A stretch of DNA of 64,000 nt from NCBI GenBank assembly GCA_030390025.1, contig CM059438.1, positions 55,616,001-55,680,000 of the forward strand, in the 5' to 3' direction. The notes under the pieces were generated by a model. That model did not search any database, was not told where the DNA came from, and saw nothing but the letters and a program-made list of their open reading frames with translations. This DNA is from Squalus acanthias (taxonomy: Eukaryota). Of the stretch, positions 1-15,000 are shown one piece after another (positions within the stretch are counted from its first letter, which is position 1; each line of letters opens with the position of its first letter). Both the position numbers and the translations under genes were made by a program.

Positions 1-3000
1 ACCAGTGCCCCAGTGAGAGTCAGTGCTTGTGAAACCCTTACCCCAGTGAGAGTCAGTGCCCATGGAACCCGTACCTCAGTGAAAGTCAGTGTCTGTGGAA
101 GCCGTACCCCAGTGAGAGTCAGTGTCTGTCGAAACTGTACCACAGTGAGAGGCAGTGTCTGTGGGACCCGTACCCCAGTGAGAGTCAGTGTGTGTGGAAC
201 ATGTACCCCAGTGAGAGTCAGTGTCTGTGGAACCTGTACCCCAGTGAGAGTCAGTGTCCGAGGAACCCGTACCCCAATGGGTTTCAGTACTCCTGGAACC
301 GTACCCCAGTGAGTGTCAGTTGCTGTAGAACCATTAGGCCAGTGAGAGTCATTACTCCTGGACCTGTACCCTAGTGAGAGTCACTGTACATGGAACCTAT
401 ACACAGGGAGGGTAGGTGCCTTTGGAGCCTGTACGCCAGTGAGAGTCAGTGCCCATGTAACTCGTACCGCTGGGAGAGTCAGTGTCTGTGGAACCCGTAA
501 CCCAGTGAGAATCAGTGTCTCTGGAACCCATACCCCAGTGAGAGTCAGTGACCCTGGAACTCGTACCCTCGTGACAGCCAGTGTCTGTGGAGCCCATACC
601 CCAGTGAGAGTCAGTGTGTGTGGGACCCATACCCCAGTGACAGTCAGTGCCTGTGAAACTCTTACCCCAGTGAGAGTCAGTGCTTGTGAAACCCGTTCCC
701 CAGTGAAAGTCAGTGTCTGTGGAACCCATACTCCAGTGAGAGTCAGTATCTGTGGAACCCATACTCCAGTGAGAGTCAGTATCTGTGGAACCTGTAACCC
801 AGTGAGAGTCAGTGCCCTTGGAACTCGTACTCCAGGGAGAGTCAGTGCCCGAGGAACCCATACACCAGTGAGAGTCAGTGTCTGTGAAACCCATACCCCA
901 GTGAGAATCAGTGTCTGTGGAACCCATACCCCAGTGAGAGTCAGTGCCCATGGAACTCGTACCCTAGTGACAGTCAGTGTCTATGGAACCCGTACCCCAG
1001 TGAGAGTCAGTGTGTGTGGGACCCATACCCCAGTGAGAGTCAGTGCCTGTGAAACCCGTTCCCCAGTGAGAGTCACTGCCCATGGAACTCGTACCCTAGT
1101 GAGAGACAGTGTTTGTGGAACCCGTACCCCAGTGAGAATCAGTGTCTGTGGAACCCGTACCCAAGTGAGAGTCAGTGCCCATGGAACCCGTACCCCAGTG
1201 ACAGTCTATGCTTGCGGAACCTGTACCCAGTGAGAGTCAGTGCCTGTGGAACCCATACATCAGTGAGAGTCAGTGCCTGTGGAACCCATACATCAGTGAG
1301 AGTCAGTGCCTGTGGAACCCATACCCCAGTGAGAGTGAGTGCCTGTGGAACCTGTACCCCAGTGAGAGTCAGTGTCTGTGGAACCCGTACCCCAGTGAGA
1401 GGCAGTGCCTGTGGAACCCGAACCCTAGTGACAGTCAGTGTCTGTGGAAACCGTACCCCAGTGACAGTCAGTGCCTGTGAAACCCATACCCCAGTGAGAG
1501 TCAGTGCCCATGGAACTCGTACCCTAGTGACAGTCAGTGCCTGCGAAACCCGTACCCCAGTGAGAGTCAGTGCCTGTGAAACCCTTACCCCAGTGAGAGT
1601 CAGTGTCTGTGGAACCCGTACCCCAGTGAGAGTCAGTGTCTGTGGAACCCGTACCCCAGTGAGAGTCAATGTGTATGGGACCCATACCCAAGTGATAGTC
1701 AGTGTCTGTGGAACTGTACCCCAGTGAGAGTCAGTGTGTGTGGGACCCATACCCCAGTGACAGTCAGTGCCTGTGAAACTCTTACCCCAGTGAGAGTCAG
1801 TGCTTGTGAAACCCGTTCCCCAGTGAAAGTCAGTGTCTGTGGAACTCATACTCCAGTGAGAGTCAGTATCTGTGGAACCCATACCCCAGTGAGAGTCAGT
1901 GCCTGTGGAACCTGTAACCCAGTGAGAGTCAGTGCCCTTGGAACTCGTACTCCAGGGAGAGTCAGTGCCCGAGGAACCCATACACCAGTGAGAGTCAGTG
2001 TCTGTGAAACCCATACCCCAGTGAGAATCAGTGTCTGTGGAACCCATACCCCAGTGAGAGTCAGTGCCCATGGAACTCGTACCCTAGTGACAGACAGTGT
2101 CTATGGAACCCGTACCCCAGTGAGAGTCAGTGTGTGTGGGACCCATACCCCAGTGAGAGTCAGTGCCTGTGAAACCCGTTCCCCAGTGAGAGTCACTGCC
2201 CATGGAACTCGTACCCTAGTGAGAGACAGTGTTTGTGGAACCCGTACCCCAGTGAGAATCAGTGTCTGTGGAACCCGTACCCCAGTGAGAGTCAGTGCCC
2301 ATGGAACCCGTACCCCAGTGACAGTCTATGTTTGCGGAACCTGTACCCAGTGAGAGTCAGTGCCTGTGGAACCCATACATCAGTGAGAGTCAGTGCCTGT
2401 GGAACCCATACATCAGTGAGAGTCAGTGCCTGTGGAACCCATACCCCAGTGAGAGTGAGTGCCTGTGGAACCTGTACCCCAGTGAGAGTCAGTGTCTGTG
2501 GAACCCGTACCCCAGTGAGAGGCAGTGCCTGTGGAACCCGAACCCTAGTGACAGTCAGTGCATGCGAAACCCGTACCCCAGTGAGAGTCAGTGCCCATGG
2601 AACTCGTACCCTAGTGACAGTCAGTGCCTGCGAAACCCGTACCCCAGTGAGAGTCAGTGCCTGTGAAACCCTTACCCCAGTGAGAGTCAGTGTCTGTGGA
2701 ACCCGTACCCCAGTGAGAGTCAGTGTCTGTGGAACCCGTACCCCAGAGAGAGTCAATGTGTGTGGGACCCATACCCAAGTGATAGTCAGTGTCTGTGGAA
2801 CTGTACTCCAGTGAGAGTCAGTGCCCATGGAACCCGTACCCCAGTGTGAGTCAGTGCCTGTGGAACCCGTACCCTAGTGACAGTCAGTGTCTGTGGAACC
2901 CGTACCCCAGTGACAGTCAGTGCCTGTGAAACTCGTACCCCAGTGAGAGTCAGGGTGTGTGGGACTCATACCCCAGTGAGAGTCAGTGTCTGTGGAACCC

Positions 3001-6000
3001 ATACCCCAGTGAGAGTCAGTGTCTGTGTGACCCGTACCCCAGGTGACAGTCAGTGCCTGTGAAACTCTTACCCCAGTGAGAGTCAGTGTCTGTGGAACAG
3101 TAGCCCAGTGAGAGTCAGTGCCCATGGAACCCGTACCCCAGTGAGAGTCAGTGCCCATGGAACTTGTACCCCGAGGAGGGTCAGTGCCTGTGGAACCTGT
3201 ACCCCAGTGTGAGTCAGTGTTTGTGGAACGTGTACCCCAGTGAGAGTCAGTGTCTTTTGAACCTGTACCCCAGTGAGAGTCAGTGCCCGAGCAACCCGTA
3301 TCCTAGTGACAGTCAGTGTCTGAGAAACCTGTACCCCAGTGACAGTCAGTGCCCATGGAACTCGTACCCCAGTGAGAATCAGTGTCTGTGGAACACGTTC
3401 CCCAGTGAGAGTCAGTGCCTGTGAAACCGGTTCCCCAGTGAGAGTCAGTGTCTGTGGAACCCATACCCCAGTGAGAGTCAGTGCCTGTGAAACCCGTGTG
3501 CCAGTGAGAGTCAGTGCCTTTGGAGCCTGTACCCGAGTGAGAGTCAGTGCCCATGGAATTCGTACCCCAGGGAGAGTCAGTGTCTGTGGAACCACTGCCC
3601 CAGTGAGAGTCAGTGTCTGTGGAACCCGTACCCCAGTGAGAGTCAGTGTGTGTGGGATTCATACCCCAGTGAGAGTCAGTGTCTGTGGAACCCATAGCCC
3701 CAGTGAGAGTCAGTGTCTGTGGGACCCGTACCCCAGGTGACAGTCAGTGCCTGTGAAACCCGTACCCCAGTGAGAGTCAGTGCCTGTGAAACCCTTACCC
3801 CAGTGAGAGTCAGTGTCTGTGGAACTGTAGCCCAGTGAGAGTCAGTGCCCATGGAACCCGTACCCCAGTGAGAGTCAGTGCCCATGGAACTTGTACCCCG
3901 GGGAGGGTCAGTGGCTGTGGAACCTGTACCCCAGAGAGAGTCAGTGTTTGTGGAACCTGAACCCCAGTGAGAGTCAGTGTCTGTGGAACCTGTACCCCAG
4001 TGAGAGTCAGTGTCTGTGGAACCCTTACCCCAGTGAGAGCCAGTGTCTGTGGAACCCATACCCCAGTGAGAGTCAGTGCCTGTGAAACCCTTACCCCAGT
4101 GAGAGTCAGTGCCTGTGGAACCAGTGCCCCAGTGAGAGTCAGTGTCTGTGGAACCAGTGCCCCAGTGAGGGTCAGTGCCTGTGAAACCCTTACTTCAGTG
4201 AGAGTCAGTGCCCCTGGAACTTGTACCCTAGTGAGAGTCAGTGTCTGTGGAACCCGTACCCCAGTGAGAGTCAGTGTCTGTGGAATCTGTACCATAGTGA
4301 GAGTCAGTGTCTGTGGGACCCGTACACCAGTGAGAGTCAGTGTGTGTGGAACTTGTACCCCAGTGAAAGTCAGTGTCTGCGGAACCTGTACCCGATTGAG
4401 AGTCAGGGCCCATTTAACTCGTTCCCCAGTGAGAGTCAGTGCCTGTGGAACCCGTACCCCAGTGAGAGTCAGTGCCCATGGAACTTGTACCCCGGGGAGG
4501 GTCAGTGGCTGTGGAACCTGTACCCCAGTGAGAGTCAGTGTTTGTGGAACCTGTACCCCAGTGAGAGTCAGTGTCTGTGGAACCTGTACCCCAGTGAGAG
4601 TCAGTGTCTGTGGAACCCTTACCCCAGTGAGAGCCATTGTCTGTGGAACCCATACCCCAGTGAGAGTCAGTGCCTGTGAAACCCTTACCCCAGTGATAGT
4701 CAGTGCCTGTGGAACCTGTACCCGAGTGAGAGTCAGTGCCTGTGGAACCCGTACCCCAGTGACAGGCCCTGCCCAAGAACCCGTACCCCAGTGACAGTCC
4801 CTGCCCAAGGACCCGTACCCCAGTGACAGTCCCTGCCCAAGGAACCATACCCCAGCGACAGTCCCTGCCCAAGGACCCGCACCCCAGTGACAGCCCCTGC
4901 CCAAGGACCCGTACTCCAGTGACAGTCCCTGCCCAAGGACCCATACCCCAGCGACAGTCCCTGCCCAAGGACCCGTACCCCAGTGACAGTCACTGCCCTA
5001 GGGCCCGTACCCAAGTGAGAGACAGTGCCCAAGGACCCGTACCCCAGTGAGAGACAGTGCCCAAGGACCCGTACCCCAGTGACAGTCCCGGCCCAAGGAC
5101 CCGTACCCCAGTGACAGTCACTGCCCAAGGGCCCGTACCCCAGTGAGAGTCAAAGCCTGTAATACCTATACTCCAGTGAGAATCAGTGTCTGTGGAACTC
5201 GTAACCCAGTGAGAGTCAGTGTCTGTGGAATTCGTACCCCAGTGAGAGTCAGTGCCTGTGAAACCCGTACCCCAGTGAGAGTCAGTGCCCATGGAACTCG
5301 TACCCTAGTGACAGTCAGTGTATGTGGAACACGTACCCCAGTGAGAGTCAGTGTGTGTGGGACTCATACCCCAGTGAGAGTCAGTGTCTGTGGAACCCAT
5401 ACCCCAGTGAGAGTCAGTGTCTGTGGGACCCGTACCCCAGTGAGAGTCAGTGTCTGTGGGACCCGTACCCCAGTGAGAGTCAATCTCTGTGGAACCCGTA
5501 CCCCAGTGAGAATCAGTGTGTGTGGGACCCATACCCAAGTGAGAGTCAGTGTCTGTGGAACTGTACCCCAGTGAGGGTCAATGCCCATGGAACTCGTACC
5601 CGAGTGACAGTCAGTGTCTGTGGAACCCGTACCCCAGTGACAGTCAGTGTCTGTGAAACCCATACCCCAGTGAGAATCAGTGTCTGTGGGACTCATACCC
5701 CAGTGAGAGTCAGTGCCTGTGAAACCAGTTCTCCAGTGAGAGTCAGTGCCCATGGAACTTGTACCCTAGTGACAGTCAGTGTCTGTGGAATACGTACCCC
5801 AGTGAGAGTCAGTGTGTGTGGAACACATACCCCAGTGACAGACCCTGCCGAAGGAACCGTACCCCAGTGACAGTCCCTGCCCAAGGACACGTACCCCAGT
5901 GACAGTCCTTGCCCGAGGACCCGTACCCCAGTGACAGTCCCTGCCCAAGGACCCATACCCCAGTGACAGTCCCTGCCCAAGGGCCCATACCCCAGTGACA

Positions 6001-9000
6001 GCCCCTGCCCAAGGACCCGTACCCCACTGACAGTCACTGCCCAAGGGCCCGTACCCCAGTGAGAGTCAAAGCCTGTAATGCCCATACCCCAGTGAAAGTC
6101 AGTGTCTGTGGAACTCGTACCCCAGTGAGAGTCAGTGTCTGTGGAACTTGTACCCCAGTGAGTGTCAGTGCCTGCGGAACTGTACCCCAGTGAGAGTCAG
6201 TGCCTGTGAAACCCGTTCCCCAGTGAGAGTCAAAGCCTGTAATGCCCATACCCCAGTGAAAGTCAGTGTCTGTGGAACTCGTACCCCAGTGAGAGTCAGT
6301 GTCTGTGGAACTTGTACCCCAGTAAGAGTCAGTGCCTGTGGAACCAGTGCCCCAGTGAGAGTCAGTGTCTGTGGAACCAGTGCCCCAGTGAGGGTCAGTG
6401 CCTGTGAAACCCTTACCTCAGTGAGAGTCAGTGCCCCTGGAACTTGTACCCTAGTGAGAGTCAGTGTCTGTGGAACCCGTACCCCAGTGAGAGTCAGTGT
6501 CTGTGGAATCTGTACCATAGTGAGAGTCAGTGTCTGTGGGACCCGTACACCAGTGAGAGTCAGTGTGTGTGGAACTTGTACCCCAGTGAAAGTCAGTGTC
6601 TGCGGAACCTGTACCCGATTGAGAGTCAGGGCCCATTTAACTCGTTCCCCAGTGAGAGTCAGTGCCTGTGGAACCCGTACCCCAGTGAGAGTCAGTGCCC
6701 ATGGAACTTGTACCCCGGGGAGGGTCAGTGGCTGTGGAACCTGTACCCCAGTGAGAGTCAGTGTTTGTGGAACCTGTACCCCAGTGAGAGTCAGTGTCTG
6801 TGGAACCTGTACCCCAGTGAGAGTCAGTGTCTGTGGAACCCTTACCCCAGTGAGAGCCATTGTCTGTGGAACCCATACCCCAGTGAGAGTCAGTGCCTGT
6901 GAAACCCTTACCCCAGTGATAGTCAGTGCCTGTGGAACCTGTACCCGAGTGAGAGTCAGTGCCTGTGGAACCCGTACCCCAGTGACAGGCCCTGCCCAAG
7001 AACCCGTACCCCAGTGACAGTCCCTGCCCAAGGACCCGTACCCCAGTGACAGTCCCTGCCCAAGGAACCATACCCCAGCGACAGTCCCTGCCCAAGGACC
7101 CGCACCCCAGTGACAGCCCCTGCCCAAGGACCCGTACTCCAGTGACAGTCCCTGCCCAAGGACCCATACCCCAGCGACAGTCCCTGCCCAAGGACCCGTA
7201 CCCCAGTGACAGTCACTGCCCTAGGGCCCGTACCCAAGTGAGAGACAGTGCCCAAGGACCCGTACCCCAGTGAGAGACAGTGCCCAAGGACCCGTACCCC
7301 AGTGACAGTCCCGGCCCAAGGACCCGTACCCCAGTGACAGTCACTGCCCAAGGGCCCGTACCCCAGTGAGAGTCAAAGCCTGTAATACCTATACTCCAGT
7401 GAGAATCAGTGTCTGTGGAACTCGTAACCCAGTGAGAGTCAGTGTCTGTGGAATTCGTACCCCAGTGAGAGTCAGTGCCTGTGAAACCCGTACCCCAGTG
7501 AGAGTCAGTGCCCATGGAACTCGTACCCTAGTGACAGTCAGTGTATGTGGAACACGTACCCCAGTGAGAGTCAGTGTGTGTGGGACTCATACCCCAGTGA
7601 GAGTCAGTGTCTGTGGAACCCATACCCCAGTGAGAGTCAGTGTCTGTGGGACCCGTACCCCAGTGAGAGTCAGTGTCTGTGGGACCCGTACCCCAGTGAC
7701 AGTCCCTGCCCAAGGACCCATACCCCAGTGACAGTCCCTGCCCAAGGGCCCGTACCCCAGTGACAGCCCCTGCCCAAGGACCCGTACCCCACTGACAGTC
7801 ACTGCCCAAGGGCCCGTACCCCAGTGAGAGTCAAAGCCTGTAATGCCCATACCCCAGTGAAAGTCAGTGTCTGTGGAACTCGTACCCCAGTGAGAGTCAG
7901 TGTCTGTGGAACTTGTACCCCAGTGAGTGTCAGTGCCTGCGGAACTGTACCCCAGTGAGAGTCAGTGCCTGTGAAACCCGTTCCCCAGTGAGAGTCAAAG
8001 CCTGTAATGCCCATACCCCAGTGAAAGTCAGTGTCTGTGGAACTCGTACCCCAGTGAGAGTCAGTGTCTGTGGAACTTGTACCCCAGTAAGAGTCAGTGC
8101 CCGAGGAACCCATACACCAGTGAGAGCCAGTGTCTGTGAAACCCATACCCCAGTGAGAATCAATTTCTGTGGAACCCATACCCCAGTGAGAGTCAGTGCC
8201 CATGGAACTCGTACCCTAGTGACAGTCAGTATCTGTGGAACCCGTACCCCAGTGAGAGTCAGTGTGTGTGGGACCCATACCCCAGTGAGAGTCAGTGCCT
8301 GTGAAACCCGTTCCCCAGTGAGAGTCAGTGCACATGGAACTCGTACCCTAGTGACAGTCAGTGTCTGTGGAACCCGTACCCCAGTGAGAGTCAGTGTGTG
8401 TGGGATTCATACCCCAGTGAGAGTCAGTGTCTGTGGAACCCATACCCCAGTGAGAGTCAGTGTCTGTGGGACCCGTACCCCAGGTGACAGTCAGTGCCTG
8501 TGAAACCCGTACCCCAGTGAGAGTCAGTGCCTGTGAAACCCTTACCCCAGTGAGAGTCAGTGTCTGTGGAACTGTAGCCCAGTGAGAGTCAGTGCCCATG
8601 GAACCCGTACCCCAGTGAGAGTCAGTGCCCATGGAACTTGTACCCCGGGGAGGGTCAGTGGCTGTGGAACCTGTACCCCAGAGAGAGTCAGTGTTTGTGG
8701 AACCTGAACCCCAGTGAGAGTCAGTGTCTGTGGAACCTGTACCCCAGTGAGAGTCAGTGTCTGTGGAACCCTTACCCCAGTGAGAGCCAGTGTCTGTGGA
8801 ACCCATACCCCAGTGAGAGTCAGTGCCTGTGAAACCCTTACCCCAGTGAGAGTCAGTGCCTGTGGAACCAGTGCCCCAGTGAGAGTCAGTGTCTGTGGAA
8901 CCAGTGCCCCAGTGAGGGTCAGTGCCTGTGAAACCCTTACCTCAGTGAGAGTCAGTGCCCCTGGAACTTGTACCCTAGTGAGAGTCAGTGTCTGTGGAAC

Positions 9001-12000
9001 CCGTACCCCAGTGAGAGTCAGTGTCTGTGGAATCTGTACCATAGTGAGAGTCAGTGTCTGTGGGACCCGTACACCAGTGAGAGTCAGTGTGTGTGGAACT
9101 TGTACCCCAGTGAAAGTCAGTGTCTGCGGAACCTGTACCCGATTGAGAGTCAGGGCCCATTTAACTCGTTCCCCAGTGAGAGTCAGTGCCTGTGGAACCC
9201 GTACCCCAGTGAGAGTCAGTGCCCATGGAACTTGTACCCCGGGGAGGGTCAGTGGCTGTGGAACCTGTACCCCAGTGAGAGTCAGTGTTTGTGGAACCTG
9301 TACCCCAGTGAGAGTCAGTGTCTGTGGAACCTGTACCCCAGTGAGAGTCAGTGTCTGTGGAACCCTTACCCCAGTGAGAGCCATTGTCTGTGGAACCCAT
9401 ACCCCAGTGAGAGTCAGTGCCTGTGAAACCCTTACCCCAGTGATAGTCAGTGCCTGTGGAACCTGTACCCGAGTGAGAGTCAGTGCCTGTGGAACCCGTA
9501 CCCCAGTGACAGGCCCTGCCCAAGAACCCGTACCCCAGTGACAGTCCCTGCCCAAGGACCCGTACCCCAGTGACAGTCCCTGCCCAAGGACCCATACCCC
9601 AGCGACAGTCCCTGCCCAAGGACCCGTACCCCAGTGACAGTCACTGCCCTAGGGCCCGTACCCAAGTGAGAGACAGTGCCCAAGGACCCGTACCCCAGTG
9701 AGAGACAGTGCCCAAGGACCCGTACCCCAGTGACAGTCCCGGCCCAAGGACCCGTACCCCAGTGACAGTCACTGCCCAAGGGCCCGTACCCCAGTGAGAG
9801 TCAAAGCCTGTAATACCTATACTCCAGTGAGAATCAGTGTCTGTGGAACTCGTAACCCAGTGAGAGTCAGTGTCTGTGGAATTCGTACCCCAGTGAGAGT
9901 CAGTGCCTGTGAAACCCGTACCCCAGTGAGAGTCAGTGCCCATGGAACTCGTACCCTAGTGACAGTCAGTGTATGTGGAACACGTACCCCAGTGAGAGTC
10001 AGTGTGTGTGGGACTCATACCCCAGTGAGAGTCAGTGTCTGTGGAACCCATACCCCAGTGAGAGTCAGTGTCTGTGGGACCCGTACCCCAGTGAGAGTCA
10101 GTGTCTGTGGGACCCGTACCCCAGTGAGAGTCAATCTCTGTGGAACCCGTACCCCAGTGAGAATCAGTGTGTGTGGGACCCATACCCAAGTGAGAGTCAG
10201 TGTCAGTGGAACTGTACCCCAGTGAGGGTCAATGCCCATGGAACTCGTACCCGAGTGACAGTCAGTGTCTGTGGAACCCGTACCCCAGTGACAGTCAGTG
10301 TCTGTGAAACCCATACCCCAGTGAGAATCAGTGTCTGTGGGACTCATACCCCAGTGAGAGTCAGTGCCTGTGAAACCAGTTCCCCAGTGAGAGTCAGTGC
10401 CCATGGAACTTGTACCCTAGTGACAGTCAGTGTCTGTGGAATACGTACCCCAGTGAGAGTCAGTGTGTGTGGAACACATACCCCAGTGACAGACCCTGCC
10501 GAAGGAACCGTACCCCAGTGACAGTCCCTGCCCAAGGACACGTACCCCAGTGACAGTCCTTGCCCAAGGACCCGTACCCCAGTGACAGTCCCTGCCCAAG
10601 GACCCATACCCCAGTGACAGTCCCTGCCCAAGGGCCCGTACCCCAGTGACAGCCCCTGCCCAAGGACCCGTACCCCACTGACAGTCACTGCCCAAGGGCC
10701 CGTACCCCAGTGAGAGTCAAAGCCTGTAATGCCCATACCCCAGTGAAAGTCAGTGTCTGTGGAACTCGTACCCCAGTGAGAGTCAGTGTCTGTGGAACTT
10801 GTACCCCAGTGAGTGTCAGTGCCTGCGGAACTGTACCCCAGTGAGAGTCAGTGCCTGTGAAACCCGTTCCCCAGTGAGAGTCAAAGCCTGTAATGCCCAT
10901 ACCCCAGTGAAAGTCAGTGTCTGTGGAACTCGTACCCCAGTGAGAGTCAGTGTCTGTGGAACTTGTACCCCAGTAAGAGTCAGTGCCTGTGGAACCAGTG
11001 CCCCAGTGAGAGTCAGTGTCTGTGGAACCAGTGCCCCAGTGAGGGTCAGTGCCTGTGAAACCCTTACCTCAGTGAGAGTCAGTGCCCCTGGAACTTGTAC
11101 CCTAGTGAGAGTCAGTGTCTGTGGAACCCGTACCCCAGTGAGAGTCAGTGTCTGTGGAATCTGTACCATAGTGAGAGTCAGTGTCTGTGGGACCCGTACA
11201 CCAGTGAGAGTCAGTGTGTGTGGAACTTGTACCCCAGTGAAAGTCAGTGTCTGCGGAACCTGTACCCGATTGAGAGTCAGGGCCCATTTAACTCGTTCCC
11301 CAGTGAGAGTCAGTGCCTGTGGAACCCGTACCCCAGTGAGAGTCAGTGCCCATGGAACTTGTACCCCGGGGAGGGTCAGTGGCTGTGGAACCTGTACCCC
11401 AGTGAGAGTCAGTGTTTGTGGAACCTGTACCCCAGTGAGAGTCAGTGTCTGTGGAACCTGTACCCCAGTGAGAGTCAGTGTCTGTGGAACCCTTACCCCA
11501 GTGAGAGCCATTGTCTGTGGAACCCATACCCCAGTGAGAGTCAGTGCCTGTGAAACCCTTACCCCAGTGATAGTCAGTGCCTGTGGAACCTGTACCCGAG
11601 TGAGAGTCAGTGCCTGTGGAACCCGTACCCCAGTGACAGGCCCTGCCCAAGAACCCGTACCCCAGTGACAGTCCCTGCCCAAGGACCCGTACCCCAGTGA
11701 CAGTCCCTGCCCAAGGAACCATACCCCAGCGACAGTCCCTGCCCAAGGACCCGCACCCCAGTGACAGCCCCTGCCCAAGGACCCGTACTCCAGTGACAGT
11801 CCCTGCCCAAGGACCCATACCCCAGCGACAGTCCCTGCCCAAGGACCCGTACCCCAGTGACAGTCACTGCCCTAGGGCCCGTACCCAAGTGAGAGACAGT
11901 GCCCAAGGACCCGTACCCCAGTGAGAGACAGTGCCCAAGGACCCGTACCCCAGTGACAGTCCCGGCCCAAGGACCCGTACCCCAGTGACAGTCACTGCCC

Positions 12001-15000
12001 AAGGGCCCGTACCCCAGTGAGAGTCAAAGCCTGTAATACCTATACTCCAGTGAGAATCAGTGTCTGTGGAACTCGTAACCCAGTGAGAGTCAGTGTCTGT
12101 GGAATTCGTACCCCAGTGAGAGTCAGTGCCTGTGAAACCCGTACCCCAGTGAGAGTCAGTGCCCATGGAACTCGTACCCTAGTGACAGTCAGTGTATGTG
12201 GAACACGTACCCCAGTGAGAGTCAGTGTGTGTGGGACTCATACCCCAGTGAGAGTCAGTGTCTGTGGAACCCATACCCCAGTGAGAGTCAGTGTCTGTGG
12301 GACCCGTACCCCAGTGAGAGTCAGTGTCTGTGGGACCCGTACCCCAGTGACAGTCCCTGCCCAAGGACCCATACCCCAGTGACAGTCCCTGCCCAAGGGC
12401 CCGTACCCCAGTGACAGCCCCTGCCCAAGGACCCGTACCCCACTGACAGTCACTGCCCAAGGGCCCGTACCCCAGTGAGAGTCAAAGCCTGTAATGCCCA
12501 TACCCCAGTGAAAGTCAGTGTCTGTGGAACTCGTACCCCAGTGAGAGTCAGTGTCTGTGGAACTTGTACCCCAGTGAGTGTCAGTGCCTGCGGAACTGTA
12601 CCCCAGTGAGAGTCAGTGCCTGTGAAACCCGTTCCCCAGTGAGAGTCAAAGCCTGTAATGCCCATACCCCAGTGAAAGTCAGTGTCTGTGGAACTCGTAC
12701 CCCAGTGAGAGTCAGTGTCTGTGGAACTTGTACCCCAGTAAGAGTCAGTGCCCGAGGAACCCATACACCAGTGAGAGCCAGTGTCTGTGAAACCCATACC
12801 CCAGTGAGAATCAATTTCTGTGGAACCCATACCCCAGTGAGAGTCAGTGCCCATGGAACTCGTACCCTAGTGACAGTCAGTATCTGTGGAACCCGTACCC
12901 CAGTGAGAGTCAGTGTGTGTGGGACCCATACCCCAGTGAGAGTCAGTGCCTGTGAAACCCGTTCCCCAGTGAGAGTCAGTGCACATGGAACTCGTACCCT
13001 AGTGACAGTCAGTGTCTGTGGAACCCGTACCCCAGTGAGAGTCAGTGTGTGTGGGATTCATACCCCAGTGAGAGTCAGTGTCTGTGGAACCCATACCCCA
13101 GTGAGAGTCAGTGTCTGTGGGACCCGTACCCCAGGTGACAGTCAGTGCCTGTGAAACCCGTACCCCAGTGAGAGTCAGTGCCTGTGAAACCCTTACCCCA
13201 GTGAGAGTCAGTGTCTGTGGAACTGTAGCCCAGTGAGAGTCAGTGCCCATGGAACCCGTACCCCAGTGAGAGTCAGTGCCCATGGAACTTGTACCCCGGG
13301 GAGGGTCAGTGGCTGTGGAACCTGTACCCCAGAGAGAGTCAGTGTTTGTGGAACCTGAACCCCAGTGAGAGTCAGTGTCTGTGGAACCTGTACCCCAGTG
13401 AGAGTCAGTGTCTGTGGAACCCTTACCCCAGTGAGAGCCAGTGTCTGTGGAACCCATACCCCAGTGAGAGTCAGTGCCTGTGAAACCCTTACCCCAGTGA
13501 GAGTCAGTGCCTGTGGAACCAGTGCCCCAGTGAGAGTCAGTGTCTGTGGAACCAGTGCCCCAGTGAGGGTCAGTGCCTGTGAAACCCTTACCTCAGTGAG
13601 AGTCAGTGCCCCTGGAACTTGTACCCTAGTGAGAGTCAGTGTCTGTGGAACCCGTACCCCAGTGAGAGTCAGTGTCTGTGGAATCTGTACCATAGTGAGA
13701 GTCAGTGTCTGTGGGACCCGTACACCAGTGAGAGTCAGTGTGTGTGGAACTTGTACCCCAGTGAAAGTCAGTGTCTGCGGAACCTGTACCCGATTGAGAG
13801 TCAGGGCCCATTTAACTCGTTCCCCAGTGAGAGTCAGTGCCTGTGGAACCCGTACCCCAGTGAGAGTCAGTGCCCATGGAACTTGTACCCCGGGGAGGGT
13901 CAGTGGCTGTGGAACCTGTACCCCAGTGAGAGTCAGTGTTTGTGGAACCTGTACCCCAGTGAGAGTCAGTGTCTGTGGAACCTGTACCCCAGTGAGAGTC
14001 AGTGTCTGTGGAACCCTTACCCCAGTGAGAGCCATTGTCTGTGGAACCCATACCCCAGTGAGAGTCAGTGCCTGTGAAACCCTTACCCCAGTGATAGTCA
14101 GTGCCTGTGGAACCTGTACCCGAGTGAGAGTCAGTGCCTGTGGAACCCGTACCCCAGTGACAGGCCCTGCCCAAGAACCCGTACCCCAGTGACAGTCCCT
14201 GCCCAAGGACCCGTACCCCAGTGACAGTCCCTGCCCAAGGAACCATACCCCAGCGACAGTCCCTGCCCAAGGACCCGCACCCCAGTGACAGCCCCTGCCC
14301 AAGGACCCGTACTCCAGTGACAGTCCCTGCCCAAGGACCCATACCCCAGCGACAGTCCCTGCCCAAGGACCCGTACCCCAGTGACAGTCACTGCCCTAGG
14401 GCCCGTACCCAAGTGAGAGACAGTGCCCAAGGACCCGTACCCCAGTGAGAGACAGTGCCCAAGGACCCGTACCCCAGTGACAGTCCCGGCCCAAGGACCC
14501 GTACCCCAGTGACAGTCACTGCCCAAGGGCCCGTACCCCAGTGAGAGTCAAAGCCTGTAATACCTATACTCCAGTGAGAATCAGTGTCTGTGGAACTCGT
14601 AACCCAGTGAGAGTCAGTGTCTGTGGAATTCGTACCCCAGTGAGAGTCAGTGCCTGTGAAACCCGTACCCCAGTGAGAGTCAGTGCCCATGGAACTCGTA
14701 CCCTAGTGACAGTCAGTGTATGTGGAACACGTACCCCAGTGAGAGTCAGTGTGTGTGGGACTCATACCCCAGTGAGAGTCAGTGTCTGTGGAACCCATAC
14801 CCCAGTGAGAGTCAGTGTCTGTGGGACCCGTACCCCAGTGAGAGTCAGTGTCTGTGGGACCCGTACCCCAGTGAGAGTCAATCTCTGTGGAACCCGTACC
14901 CCAGTGAGAATCAGTGTGTGTGGGACCCATACCCAAGTGAGAGTCAGTGTCAGTGGAACTGTACCCCAGTGAGGGTCAATGCCCATGGAACTCGTACCCG

